Virus record (IMG/VR): IMGVR_UViG_2513237329_000015
Coordinates: 33,052-97,051 of that record
Source of the DNA: a virus
Taxonomy: Duplodnaviria > Caudoviricetes
Direction: 5' to 3' (one strand)
Length of the DNA: 64,000 nt
Position 1 is the first letter of the stretch. Each line of letters begins with the position of its first letter. Below the pieces are notes generated by a model, which saw only the letters and a program-made list of their open reading frames with translations, searched no databases and had not been told where the DNA came from. The position numbers and the translations under genes are program-made. This document shows positions 29,620 to 38,733 of the stretch, piece by piece.

Positions 29620-30709
29620 GCCGTGTTCCTGCAAGGCGATGTACCGCCATGACTGGTCCAGTATCCATGAGCATTGCAAGCGATACTTTATACCTGTAGG
29701 CTGGGGCTACTGTGAGACGCCGAAGCATGGTATCCGGCCCTCCCTGATTTTGCAGGGGCGATGCAAAGCATGCGGCGGTTCCATCGAGATGGGCTATCCG
29801 GTTCCGGCCGCCTGTGAGGACGATGGGGAACGGTATCATTTCCTGTTCCGCCAACTTCAAACCTGGCGGCCATATGCTAATCTGTCAGAGAATGTATTGC
29901 CAGCGGCGGCGGAACGCCTTGCCTGGTATGAGGAGCAGGAGGAACGGACCACTGATGGGTGGGCTCAGTTGCTGCTGGATCTCCTCCCGGAAGCCGAAGC
30001 TCCCTATGCCCGTCTGTGGCTGTCCGGCTATCGGAAACGGCAGGAGGAGCAGTGGCGGGGAGCATGGCCCATTGGCTCCGTGGCACGGTTCAAGCAGGAA
30101 GCCCCTATCCATGTAACCCCATATATCGGATACGGACAAGGACGGGACATCACCGCCCGCCCTATGCAGGAAATGAAGGTGGTCAATGTCCATGCTTGTC
30201 CCGAGGGCGTTATTTACTCCGGCCTCATTAAAGTGGAACGGGAAACCTTCTACATAGAAGAAGTAAAGGACGCCCTGCTTTATTCGCAGGAGGAATGGGA
30301 GGCACTACTCCCGGAACTGGAAGCTGAGCCCTCACCCCTTTTATTCCGGAGTAGTTTTAAAGCTCAGTTCCCGCCGCAGCCGGTGGAACGATACTACGTT
30401 CTGGCTGAGGAGTGCGGCTTTTTCGGGGAGAAAAAAGAGCTGCACCTCTTGGCTGCATCCGCCTCCGTAGATCTTTTGAAAGACCAGATCAGTCGGGAAA
30501 TTGCTCGCCTTACCACAGCAGATTTGCTGTCGGTTGGCGCCGCATTTATGCCGCTGGAGGTGGAGTCGCCTGAGTCTGAGGATTACAGCTACAGGTACAT
30601 AGAGATAGGCGGTTCGCTTACATATTATATCAGTCCGGTTCCTGTCCTCGCTATGGAGGCTATTTCGCCTCGTGAGCAAGGGTCGGGAGTTGAAGGCCAT
30701 ATATCCTGA
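29612..30709 (+). CDS. Hypothetical protein
   Basis: AAGGAG RBS; 365 aa. Confidence 0.65.
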   Translation: MDKPCSCKAMYRHDWSSIHEHCKRYFIPVGWGYCETPKHGIRPSLILQGRCKACGGSIEMGYPVPAACEDDGERYHFLFRQLQTWRPYANLSENVLPAAAERLAWYEEQEERTTDGWAQLLLDLLPEAEAPYARLWLSGYRKRQEEQWRGAWPIGSVARFKQEAPIHVTPYIGYGQGRDITARPMQEMKVVNVHACPEGVIYSGLIKVERETFYIEEVKDALLYSQEEWEALLPELEAEPSPLLFRSSFKAQFPPQPVERYYVLAEECGFFGEKKELHLLAASASVDLLKDQISREIARLTTADLLSVGAAFMPLEVESPESEDYSYRYIEIGGSLTYYISPVPVLAMEAISPREQGSGVEGHIS

Positions 30710-30762
30710 TGTGTTATGTTAAAGTCAATCGGAAACCGGCTGCTGATCTGGAGGTATTGAAT

Positions 30763-31263
30763 ATGAGCATCTGGAAGGCAAGAATACAGGCCTTTGTGAG
30801 TATCTGCGCCGGATGGCTTTGCCGCCATACCGGACGCCACGCGCATGCGGACACTTTGTCCACGGTACAGCCCACACAGGATGAGTATGCGGCGGAGCGG
30901 GAGATGAACCGAAAAAGAATCTGTGAATTGGAGGGGCTTCTGGCTCAGATGCAGAAGGAATGCTGCACACTGAAAAAACGGCTGAGCAGCCAGCGTGAGC
31001 TTATCGCGCCCCTTCTCCAGAAGTCGGACGACGAACTCCGCAAGGCCGTCGCTTATGATTGTTCCAGGTCTCAGGACGGCAAGCATTGGGAAGTCGTGAC
31101 GGAATACTGCTGCCTGGGTGGCTGTGACATGGGAATCTACTCATTTGACCGGGAACGGGACGCGCTGCTGTTTGCGGCGCTTCTGTCCGCCCTGGGCCAC
31201 AAGCCCTCCCATAATACCGCCTGTTCTGCCTGCTATGCAGAATATAGGAAGGACTGCGTCTGA
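30763..31263 (+). CDS. Cys-rich coiled-coil hypothetical protein
   Basis: GGAGG RBS; CCLGGC...CSAC. Confidence 0.6.
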   Translation: MSIWKARIQAFVSICAGWLCRHTGRHAHADTLSTVQPTQDEYAAEREMNRKRICELEGLLAQMQKECCTLKKRLSSQRELIAPLLQKSDDELRKAVAYDCSRSQDGKHWEVVTEYCCLGGCDMGIYSFDRERDALLFAALLSALGHKPSHNTACSACYAEYRKDCV

Positions 31264-31278
31264 GAAAGGTGATTCTTG

Positions 31279-31587
31279 ATGTTGGATAAAAGCAAGAGGA
31301 GCAAAATAGCCAGCTTTGTCGCCTGCTGCCAAAAGGCAAAAGCGGAAGGGATTCAGATCTTTCGCCCCGTCCTAGGGGAGGCAGGGCCGTATGAGGTCAA
31401 GGCCTTTGTAGAGCCACCGCGGGAGGATTCCGATTGGGTCTATCTGGATGCCTGGACGGCTTCGGTGGTGTGCATGGTCTATGATGCGTTGACCGGAGAG
31501 AAGCGCGAGCATTTTTCCCAGCTCCCCCCGCTCAAGGCGATCCGCGTGAGCTGGGAGATCTTTAACGCGATCAAAGGAAAAAGCTGA
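31279..31587 (+). CDS. Hypothetical protein
   Basis: AAAGGTG RBS. Confidence 0.6.
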   Translation: MLDKSKRSKIASFVACCQKAKAEGIQIFRPVLGEAGPYEVKAFVEPPREDSDWVYLDAWTASVVCMVYDALTGEKREHFSQLPPLKAIRVSWEIFNAIKGKS

Positions 31588-31609
31588 TGCCGGAAGGAGA
31601 ACGAACATT

Positions 31610-32986
31610 ATGAGCTTACGGGAAAAAATGCTGGCCGTCATGGCCGATATGAACGAGCAGGTGGTGGAACGGGAGGAGCTGATCGAGGCGATCGCCATTG
31701 CGCTCCTGACCCGTAAGAACCTGTTTATTTTGGGCGCTCCTGGACAGGCCAAGAGCTTTGCCATCAACCAATTTCGTGCCCGAATCACCGGAGCGCGCCA
31801 GTTTGAACGCCTCCTCACCAAGCAGACAGATGAGGACCAGCTTTTCGGCCGCGTGGATCTGGCAAGCCTTATCCCCGGCGGAGTATCCCAGGCAGTTTTA
31901 GAGCAGGATCTGTATTACCGGGAGCTGCAGGCGCACCTGACCGGCGCCATGGAGCAATTCCGACAGCAAGACGGTGATACAAGCGCCGCCGAGGCGCTTC
32001 AGGCCGCTCAGGAACAGCTCTCCAGCTATACAAAGGCGCTGGGGCAGCTCCATGCCGGAACGCCATGCGTGAATACCACAGACAAGATCCCGGAAGCGGA
32101 TATTATAATGTTGGACGAGATCTTCAAATGTAACGATGGTGTGCTGAACTCTTTGCTGACCGCGCTTAATGAGCGCAAATACACCAACGAAGGCCGTACA
32201 TACTCCATCCCCGCAGTCTCCTTCTTTGCCGCCTCCAATGAGGTACCGAATTTCAACGACCCACAGGAAAAAATCCTGGAGGCCCTCTATGACCGCCTGG
32301 ACCTGAAGGTGGTGACGGCGGATATCGCCGAGCGGGACAACCGGCTGGCCATGCTGCGGAAAAAGCAGAGTGGAACGGCTGGAAATATTGCAGCCACAAT
32401 CACGCTGGATGAACTGAAAGCCATGCAGAGAGAAGCAGCAGCGCTTCCTGTGCCGGACTCCGTCCACGAGCTGGCAGACGATATCCTCTGTGCGCTGCGG
32501 GAAAACGGCATCCGGGTGTCCGACCGAAAGTATCTCAATTATGCGCCGGTGGCCCAGGCCAAGGCGTGGCTGTCCGGCCATGCCGCGGTGATGCCGGAGG
32601 ATCTGCTGGCCCTGAAAAATTATCTCTGGGATGCGCCCCAGGACCGGGAGACGGTGGAGCAGACGCTCCGCCGTATGTGCATCAATCCTATGCAGGACAA
32701 AGCCAACAACATTCTGGCAATGGCTCTGGAGGCACAGGATGAATTTGATGAAATCAGGACCGGCTCCGACGACCCCAATGTGGGACGCAAAGCGTTCATC
32801 AAACTGCGCGGGGAGCTAATCCGCCTCTATGGAATGCAGCAGCAGCTTGCAGCCTCCACACAGGGGCCCAATGAAGCTGCGGTAACGGACAAGCTGCTTG
32901 AAGAGCTGGAACAGAGCAGCCGTCAGGCTCACGAGGCGGTGGGCTTCACCTACATCCCTTTGGAGCAGCAGGCCGCCCTGCAATGA
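31610..32986 (+). CDS. MoxR/RavA-family AAA+ ATPase
   Basis: GAPGQAKS, LDEIFK, LNSLLTALNER, ASNE, ALYDRL, SDR. Confidence 0.9.
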   Translation: MSLREKMLAVMADMNEQVVEREELIEAIAIALLTRKNLFILGAPGQAKSFAINQFRARITGARQFERLLTKQTDEDQLFGRVDLASLIPGGVSQAVLEQDLYYRELQAHLTGAMEQFRQQDGDTSAAEALQAAQEQLSSYTKALGQLHAGTPCVNTTDKIPEADIIMLDEIFKCNDGVLNSLLTALNERKYTNEGRTYSIPAVSFFAASNEVPNFNDPQEKILEALYDRLDLKVVTADIAERDNRLAMLRKKQSGTAGNIAATITLDELKAMQREAAALPVPDSVHELADDILCALRENGIRVSDRKYLNYAPVAQAKAWLSGHAAVMPEDLLALKNYLWDAPQDRETVEQTLRRMCINPMQDKANNILAMALEAQDEFDEIRTGSDDPNVGRKAFIKLRGELIRLYGMQQQLAASTQGPNEAAVTDKLLEELEQSSRQAHEAVGFTYIPLEQQAALQ

Positions 32987-33080
32987 TCGTTTACGAGCAG
33001 ATAACTTAATAACACGGAGGTCGGTGAATGACAGAGCGCCACTTGAAAATGAATTATGGAACTATTTGGAGGGGATAAAA

Positions 33081-33554
33081 ATGCTAAACAGGGCTATCAT
33101 GATGGGCCGCTTGACCCACGATCCGGAGTTGAAAACGACACAGGCAGGGACGCAGTTTTGTAGATTCTCTATCGCATGCGACCGGGACTTCAAAAACACA
33201 AGCGGCGAAAAGGAAACGGATTTCTTTGACTGTGTGGCATGGCGCAAGACGGCTGAGTTTGTCAGCCGGTATTTCGCAAAGGGACGTATGATCATTGTGG
33301 AGGGCCGGATGCAGAACCGGAGCTGGACGGACAAAGAAGGAAATAAACGGCGCAGCACCGAGATCATCGTTGATGCCGCCCACTTCGGCGACTCCAAGCC
33401 CAAGGGGGAAGATGGCGAGCCCCCGGAGCCTCCGGCGGGAGGCGGGGACGGCTTCGGGTTCCCCGGCGGCTTTAACCCAGATCTGAGTGGAGTCGGGGGC
33501 GGTGTGGGCTCTGATTTTGGGGCTGACGGTGACGACGGCGAACTGCCCTTCTAG
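33081..33554 (+). CDS. ssb: Single-stranded DNA-binding protein
   Basis: MLNRAIMMGRLTHDPELK...; acidic tail DDGELPF. Confidence 0.95.
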   Translation: MLNRAIMMGRLTHDPELKTTQAGTQFCRFSIACDRDFKNTSGEKETDFFDCVAWRKTAEFVSRYFAKGRMIIVEGRMQNRSWTDKEGNKRRSTEIIVDAAHFGDSKPKGEDGEPPEPPAGGGDGFGFPGGFNPDLSGVGGGVGSDFGADGDDGELPF

Positions 33555-33643
33555 CATGCTTACAATTGGAAATTCTCTGCGGCGGGGGTCTTCCCGGCCT
33601 CCGCCGCAGAGAAGCACCATATTATCGGAGGAGAATTCATTTT

Positions 33644-33946
33644 ATGGCGAAGTGTCTTATCTGCAAAGAAGATGTAACCTCTGGCTATGTGCTATGCCGG
33701 CACTGTGCCGGAAAACTGGAACCCTATACCCTGCCGCCGGAACTATCCTATTTTATTGACCAGCTCGCAGAAGAAATTGTGCTGAGCGAAACCATCCCGA
33801 CCTGCCGGCTGTGCTCTATCGGGGAGTGTCAGAGCCAGGTCGGCGGCCTTGTCTGCCGAAATGCGGTAAAGGCGTGGCTGCTGGAGCGGGCGAAGCGGTA
33901 TTTGTGTCCAAAGGCAGAGGCAAAGACGGGAGATAAACGGGAATAA
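33644..33946 (+). CDS. Small Cys-rich (Zn-binding) protein
   Basis: CLIC, CRHC, CRLC; GGAGG RBS. Confidence 0.6.
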   Translation: MAKCLICKEDVTSGYVLCRHCAGKLEPYTLPPELSYFIDQLAEEIVLSETIPTCRLCSIGECQSQVGGLVCRNAVKAWLLERAKRYLCPKAEAKTGDKRE

Positions 33947-33955
33947 AATGTTCTA

Positions 33956-34009
33956 TTGACGTGTGGAGAAGTTGTGCTATAATATAAATGTAACTAAAAT
34001 GCAGTTACA
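33956..34009 (+). promoter_or_regulatory. hicAB promoter and palindromic operator
   Basis: TTGACG-N16-TATAAT with extended TG; TGTAACT-N7-AGTTACA (33989-34009). Confidence 0.75.
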
Positions 34010-34029
34010 AATGGAGCTGAGAAAATAGA

Positions 34030-34293
34030 ATGTCAAGAATAGATACCTTGCTGAATAAACTATGTGGAAAGCCTACGCCGGCCAACTTCCGTTTTTCAGA
34101 GCTTCGGAAAGTGATGTCATATTTCGGGTATCTGGAATCGAATAAAGGCGCGACTTCTGGTTCCAGGGTTAAATTCTACCATCCAAAAACCAAAGCGGTG
34201 CTCTTGATTCACAAGCCGCACCCCGGAGATGAGATGGTAAAGGCAGCGGTGGATTCCGTAGTTAGATTTTTGAAGGAGCATGGCCATATATGA
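34030..34293 (+). CDS. hicA: HicA family toxin
   Basis: FSEL...GATSGSRVKF...IHKPHP. Confidence 0.88.
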   Translation: MSRIDTLLNKLCGKPTPANFRFSELRKVMSYFGYLESNKGATSGSRVKFYHPKTKAVLLIHKPHPGDEMVKAAVDSVVRFLKEHGHI

Positions 34294-34631
34294 AGAATAG
34301 CGACTTGCTGCATTATAAGGGATATACAGCCCGGCCGGAATATTCCGTTGAGGATCGTGTTTTTTACGGCACAATTCTGGGGATAGATGATATGGTGGAC
34401 TTTCAGTCGGAGAGCGCAAAGGATTTGGAGGAACAGTTCCATAAAGCGGTGGATGACTATTTGAAATTTTGCGCTGAGATCGGGAAAGAGCCCCAAAAGA
34501 AGTACAGTGGTTTGTTTAACGTCCGTATTCCGCCGGAACTGCACCGGGAGCTTTCGCTGCTGGCCCAGGCGGAAGGCATAAGTCTTAACAAGGCTGTAGA
34601 ACAGGCTATCCGCACCATGGTCCAAAGCTGA
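34290..34631 (+). CDS. hicB: HicB family antitoxin (RHH)
   Basis: YKGY...FHKAVDDYL...YSGLFNVRIPPELHR...SLN. Confidence 0.92.
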   Translation: MKNSDLLHYKGYTARPEYSVEDRVFYGTILGIDDMVDFQSESAKDLEEQFHKAVDDYLKFCAEIGKEPQKKYSGLFNVRIPPELHRELSLLAQAEGISLNKAVEQAIRTMVQS

Positions 34632-34720
34632 GACTGGTAAGGGGGTATTCCTTATACCTTGCCTGTTTTAATAAGTATTTAATCAAACAAAACAGACCGG
34701 CTTTGCCCGGTAAGCTCAGA

Positions 34721-34763
34721 AACATGAAGCAGTACAAACCGTACCGCTTCATGTTCTTTTTTT
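34721..34763 (+). terminator. Intrinsic terminator immediately upstream of the VWA gene RBS
   Basis: AACATGAAGC-A-GTAC-AAACC-GTAC-C-GCTTCATGTT-C-T7. Confidence 0.8.
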
Positions 34764-34781
34764 GAAAAGGAATGGTGACAT

Positions 34782-36386
34782 ATGAGAAGACCATACCGCA
34801 CGATTGGCGATGTGCTGCGCTCTCCCTGGGCAGGACTCATACCAAAGGAGGAGACGCCGCCGCAGCAGAACGACCGTGTCCTGCACTCCACAAAGCTGGA
34901 AGACCGTATTTATGCTGATCTCAGGAACGGCGACCCGGCAATGGACGCACTGGAACAGGCCGCAGGGGAAAAGCTGCGCTCTTTTCCAGCTCTGGCCCGG
35001 GATACGTACCAGTCCTTTTACTCGCTTTTACCACACCGCATTGAGGACGGGAAGTTGTCGGCAGCGGCCCGGAAATTCAATGGCCCCATTCTGGAGAATA
35101 TGCTGCAAAGCGAGGACTATCCTACGCTGAAAAGCATCTGTGAAGGCCGGGAGCTCCCAGCCTACGAGGCGGCCGCGGAATTTGCAGCCCGAGTGGGCGG
35201 CGAACTGGATCAACTTCTCGCCGGCCTGGGCGGGGAGAAGGGCGCCGTCAATACGCTGGAAAGGCTGGAGGCCGCTCAGGAAAAGGCCCAGGAAGAGCTT
35301 GCCGCACTCCTGGAGCGGATGCGCAAGAGCGGCGGGCAGAATGATGTTCTGGAACAGGCTATCATTGCCGCGGCCAATACCGCCGAGAGCAAGCAGAGGC
35401 AAGTGGAGGCGGTGAACGGGATGATTGACGTAAGTGCCGCCAGAAACAAGGATGTGGTGTCCACGCTGGTTGCGTCCGCAACGGCACAGGCAGCGGAAAA
35501 GGCGGAGGAGGTGCGGTCCATTATCGCCGCCTGGGGCAATGAGCCGGGAGATCTGAAGCGCACCGAAGCCAATACCAAGATTCTTGACCTGGTACGCCAG
35601 AGCGACGTCCTCAAAAACGTGGCGAAGTACCTAGGGCGCTTTCGGGAAATCTTTGCGCAGGGAAAGAGAAACGGCTATGCCTACGGCCGGGGGGAGACCT
35701 ATTCGCTGGAGCTTGGCAGCAACCTTTCCCGGGCGATTACCTCAGAGCTGTCCATGCTGGCCTCTCCCGCCACGCTGCCGCTGTTTCTCCAGAAATACCA
35801 GCGCAAGCAGATCAAGCAATACCAACGCCGGGAGCCTATTTATAAGGGCGCCGGGGACATCATCTGCTGTTTGGATGAATCCGACTCCACGGAAGGAGAC
35901 CTTGCCGCTTGGGGAAAGGCCGTGGCCCTGACTCTCCTGGAAATCGCGGAGGACGGCGGCCGTAAATTCGCGTTGATCCATTTTTCTGATGCAAGCTCCC
36001 TGAAGGCCGATCTGTTCCTGCCCGGCGGACTCGGGCAAGGCAAGTACAGCCCGGAGAGCAAGATGGAGGCGGCACAGACCTTCCTCGGCGGCGGGACGAA
36101 CTTCGATACGCCCATGTGGCAGGCTGTGAGCTTGATCGAACGGCAGGGATTTGAGCACGCCGACATTGTATTTATCACGGATGGAGAGTGCTGTATCTCA
36201 GAAAAATTTTTAGAGAAACTGCGTACCGCGCAGGCAGAACACCGCTTCACCATTACCGGAATCCTGCTGGATCAGGGAGAGCCTGGTATGAAGTTCAGTT
36301 TGCAGGAATTCTGTCAGAATATCTACCGAACCTCAGATCTTCTTGGAGATGATATCGTCAGGAAGCTGGTAGCGGCAAGAGTTTGA
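34782..36386 (+). CDS. ViaA-like VWA domain protein
   Basis: MIDAS motif LDESDS, GGTNF, ITDGE. Confidence 0.88.
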   Translation: MRRPYRTIGDVLRSPWAGLIPKEETPPQQNDRVLHSTKLEDRIYADLRNGDPAMDALEQAAGEKLRSFPALARDTYQSFYSLLPHRIEDGKLSAAARKFNGPILENMLQSEDYPTLKSICEGRELPAYEAAAEFAARVGGELDQLLAGLGGEKGAVNTLERLEAAQEKAQEELAALLERMRKSGGQNDVLEQAIIAAANTAESKQRQVEAVNGMIDVSAARNKDVVSTLVASATAQAAEKAEEVRSIIAAWGNEPGDLKRTEANTKILDLVRQSDVLKNVAKYLGRFREIFAQGKRNGYAYGRGETYSLELGSNLSRAITSELSMLASPATLPLFLQKYQRKQIKQYQRREPIYKGAGDIICCLDESDSTEGDLAAWGKAVALTLLEIAEDGGRKFALIHFSDASSLKADLFLPGGLGQGKYSPESKMEAAQTFLGGGTNFDTPMWQAVSLIERQGFEHADIVFITDGECCISEKFLEKLRTAQAEHRFTITGILLDQGEPGMKFSLQEFCQNIYRTSDLLGDDIVRKLVAARV

Positions 36387-36435
36387 GCAGAAGATAGAGG
36401 TATATAGTAGCATATAGTAGAAGGGAGAACTTCTC

Positions 36436-36594
36436 ATGACAGTTTATTACGAAAATGAAGCCGCCGTTGACGCCGCCCTGCAAGCGGCTAAGACGCCAGA
36501 CGATGTACGCAAGATTGCGCAGGACTTAGAAACACGCATGGCTCCTCGCCATTGGATTCAAAAGGCTTGGGACTACTATCGGTCTATGTTATAA
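36436..36594 (+). CDS. 52-aa small protein not in the ORF track
   Basis: AAGGGAG RBS; MTVYYENEAAVDAALQAAKTPDDVRKIAQDLETRMAPRHWIQKAWDYYRSML. Confidence 0.55.
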   Translation: MTVYYENEAAVDAALQAAKTPDDVRKIAQDLETRMAPRHWIQKAWDYYRSML

Positions 36595-36662
36595 TCCAGA
36601 TATATTTAGCGCCCCTCCCTATGGAGATATAGGGAGGGGCTGCGTCTTTAATGGGCGTCGTC

Positions 36663-36895
36663 GGCAGCTCCGCATTTCCGCCCTGGCAGCTCCGGGCCGG
36701 TCTGGTGTCCAGCCACTCCCATGGGGATACATCCGTCTGCGCTCCCCTCTCTTGGTGGCCACCCAGTTCCCCAGGACAGCTCTGGGCCGGCCGGGCGGCT
36801 GCCGGCCGCTCCCATGGGGAAGATGGTGCCATACTGCTCTCCCCTTCCTTGGCGGCCACCCAGCTCTCCAGGGCAGCTCTGCATTTCCTCCTCGG
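36663..36895. repeat. Imperfect GC-rich tandem repeat (~90-97 bp units) flanked by GGCAGCTC[C/T]GCATTTCC
   Basis: CTCCCATGGGGA...CTTGG[T/C]GGCCACCCAG occurs twice. Confidence 0.65.
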
Positions 36896-36928
36896 CCACT
36901 TCTGGCCGTCTCCAGTAAACCGATAGCA

Positions 36929-37108
36929 TCAGCCCTTCTGGTCGCTTCCTTCTCTTCCTTTTTTCCTCTGCTCTGTGAATACCGAAAGAATCTCCCCACT
37001 GCGATTCCGCAAAACCAGCGCATCCAGATCATCATCAATCGGCTCAAACCACAGGGTCACTTCGTCATATTCCCTTACAATGCCATACTCGATCTTAAAC
37101 TTTTTCAT
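36929..37108 (-). CDS. 59-aa small protein not in the ORF track
   Basis: GAGGGG RBS; MKKFKIEYGIVREYDEVTLWFEPIDDDLDALVLRNRSGEILSVF... Confidence 0.5.
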   Translation of the reverse strand: MKKFKIEYGIVREYDEVTLWFEPIDDDLDALVLRNRSGEILSVFTEQRKKGREGSDQKG

Positions 37109-37573
37109 GGTAGTATTCCCCTCGTATAATAAGATTTGCAGACAGTTTTAAGTGGGTCTGATTAGTTCACTTTTGAATATCAGCAGGCTTTGAGGTGCCC
37201 GTGATACAATAGCTGTAGGACAGCAGGGTCAAGTTCTTTGTATTCCTAGTTGAGCTGTAAGGTTGCTTCAAAGGAAGTCTGTCCCCCTGGCTCGGAAGTT
37301 AGCTGCAAACTCATTGACTGTTTGCCGGGGACAAGGCCGCCCTTTCAGCAATGAGGGATATCGCATTGGTCTGCCCCGGAATGATTCTAATAAGCGAGGT
37401 TGCCAGATGCTCCGGTTATCATGGGTATCTCAAAGCCTGCTGGCCTGAAATCTCCATATGGTGAAATTCAATCATCGAATAGGACGGAACGCATTTAATA
37501 AGCAAGAAAAGAGATAAAACGAAGCCGATAAAAAATGAGGGACTCGTGTTGATAGCACAGGCTCCTTCATTAT

Positions 37574-38266
37574 TCATTTGAATCCAAACACATACCCGGA
37601 ACCGTGGATGGTCCGAATATATTCTTTATCGCTTGGCGGAAGCCCGAGCTTTTTCCGGATTGAGCAGATATGGTTGGAAATGCTCTCTCCTCCACAGTAA
37701 GCAGAATCTTTCCACAGAACCTCATAAATATGATCTCTGGAAAAAATATTTCCACGATTACTGGCCAGCAGATATAGGATTCTAAACTCCTGTGTTGTGA
37801 GTTCAATGGGGCTCCCAAACAGCTTCACTTCCTGGCTGGAAGGGTCCAGAAATAGGCCTTTATAAACAATTTCACCTTTTCGAACACCTGGGGAGACCAT
37901 CCTTATGTCCAGGCGCTGCAGCATAACTGAAATTGCGGCTGCACACTCCGCCGGGTCCTCGGATGCCACACACATGTCAAAGCCACGGCGGTAAAACTCG
38001 GTTCGGGCCTCCCTATTCAAGATCGGATAGAGCAGCAACAGGGTTCCCTTTGCGTTCTTCAAATCAAGCAGCTTGTTCAGAAGCGGGGCACTCCCTGAAA
38101 CACTCCCACTCATTGCAACCAAATCTATCTCCTCGGAGTAGAGCATGGGAGATGCGGTGCGCTCGTTGTGAGCCGTTGAAAAAGTAATCTGTGTTCCGGC
38201 TATGAGGCATTCTATTTGTGCAATGCGGGAGATTTCATTATCAATTAAGAATACATGCTTTCCCAT
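37574..38266 (-). CDS. Orphan OmpR-family regulator with degenerate receiver domain
   Basis: Winged helix LTTQEFRILYLL...IYEVLW...HICSIRKKL...IRTIHGSGY; phosphoacceptor position reads DLVAMS. Confidence 0.85.
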   Translation of the reverse strand: MGKHVFLIDNEISRIAQIECLIAGTQITFSTAHNERTASPMLYSEEIDLVAMSGSVSGSAPLLNKLLDLKNAKGTLLLLYPILNREARTEFYRRGFDMCVASEDPAECAAAISVMLQRLDIRMVSPGVRKGEIVYKGLFLDPSSQEVKLFGSPIELTTQEFRILYLLASNRGNIFSRDHIYEVLWKDSAYCGGESISNHICSIRKKLGLPPSDKEYIRTIHGSGYVFGFK

Positions 38267-38495
38267 AGCTGGCTGTGTTCTCCCAAAGGCTTATAGCTAA
38301 ATTCACTCAAATGCAAACAATGACCTCTACAGCTTTATAGGCGCCCCCTCAAGGATAGGCCCGTCTGAGGGGGGCTCGGCGAGATACACCGCAGACTTCC
38401 GACAGAAACGGTGTTCTCTATTTTTGCTTTTGTCCAGCCATCATTATAAGGGCTATGCCGAAAAACGTCAAATTTAGGTGTATAGCTCGTTTTGA

Positions 38496-38725
38496 TTGGA
38501 AAAACTCCACCTATACAGGAGAGAAAAGGGCTGATAGAATAAAGGCGTATTCTAGGTCAGAGCAAGATTAAGGGCGGAGTAAGTTAGGGCGGAACGGCGT
38601 GGAAGGAGGGTGAAGTCTGCCCTCTGCCGGACAGCTACGACCTGGAAAATTGAATCTGGACATGAATGACTGTAATTGCCTTTTGGGGCGGTTGCGGTCT
38701 TTTTTGTCCCCAAATACGAAAGGAG
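38496..38725 (+). promoter_or_regulatory. Duplicated promoter + structured leader + intrinsic terminator, copy 2
   Basis: TATACA(38512)-N17-TAGAAT(38535); terminator from 38668; RBS GAAAGGAG. Confidence 0.85.
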
Positions 38726-38733
38726 CTTTCCAT

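Noticed and set aside
16051-38725. Direct repeats as attL/attR or IS ends
   Set aside because: No adjacent integrase or transposase; both copies have promoter-terminator-RBS anatomy at gene-run starts
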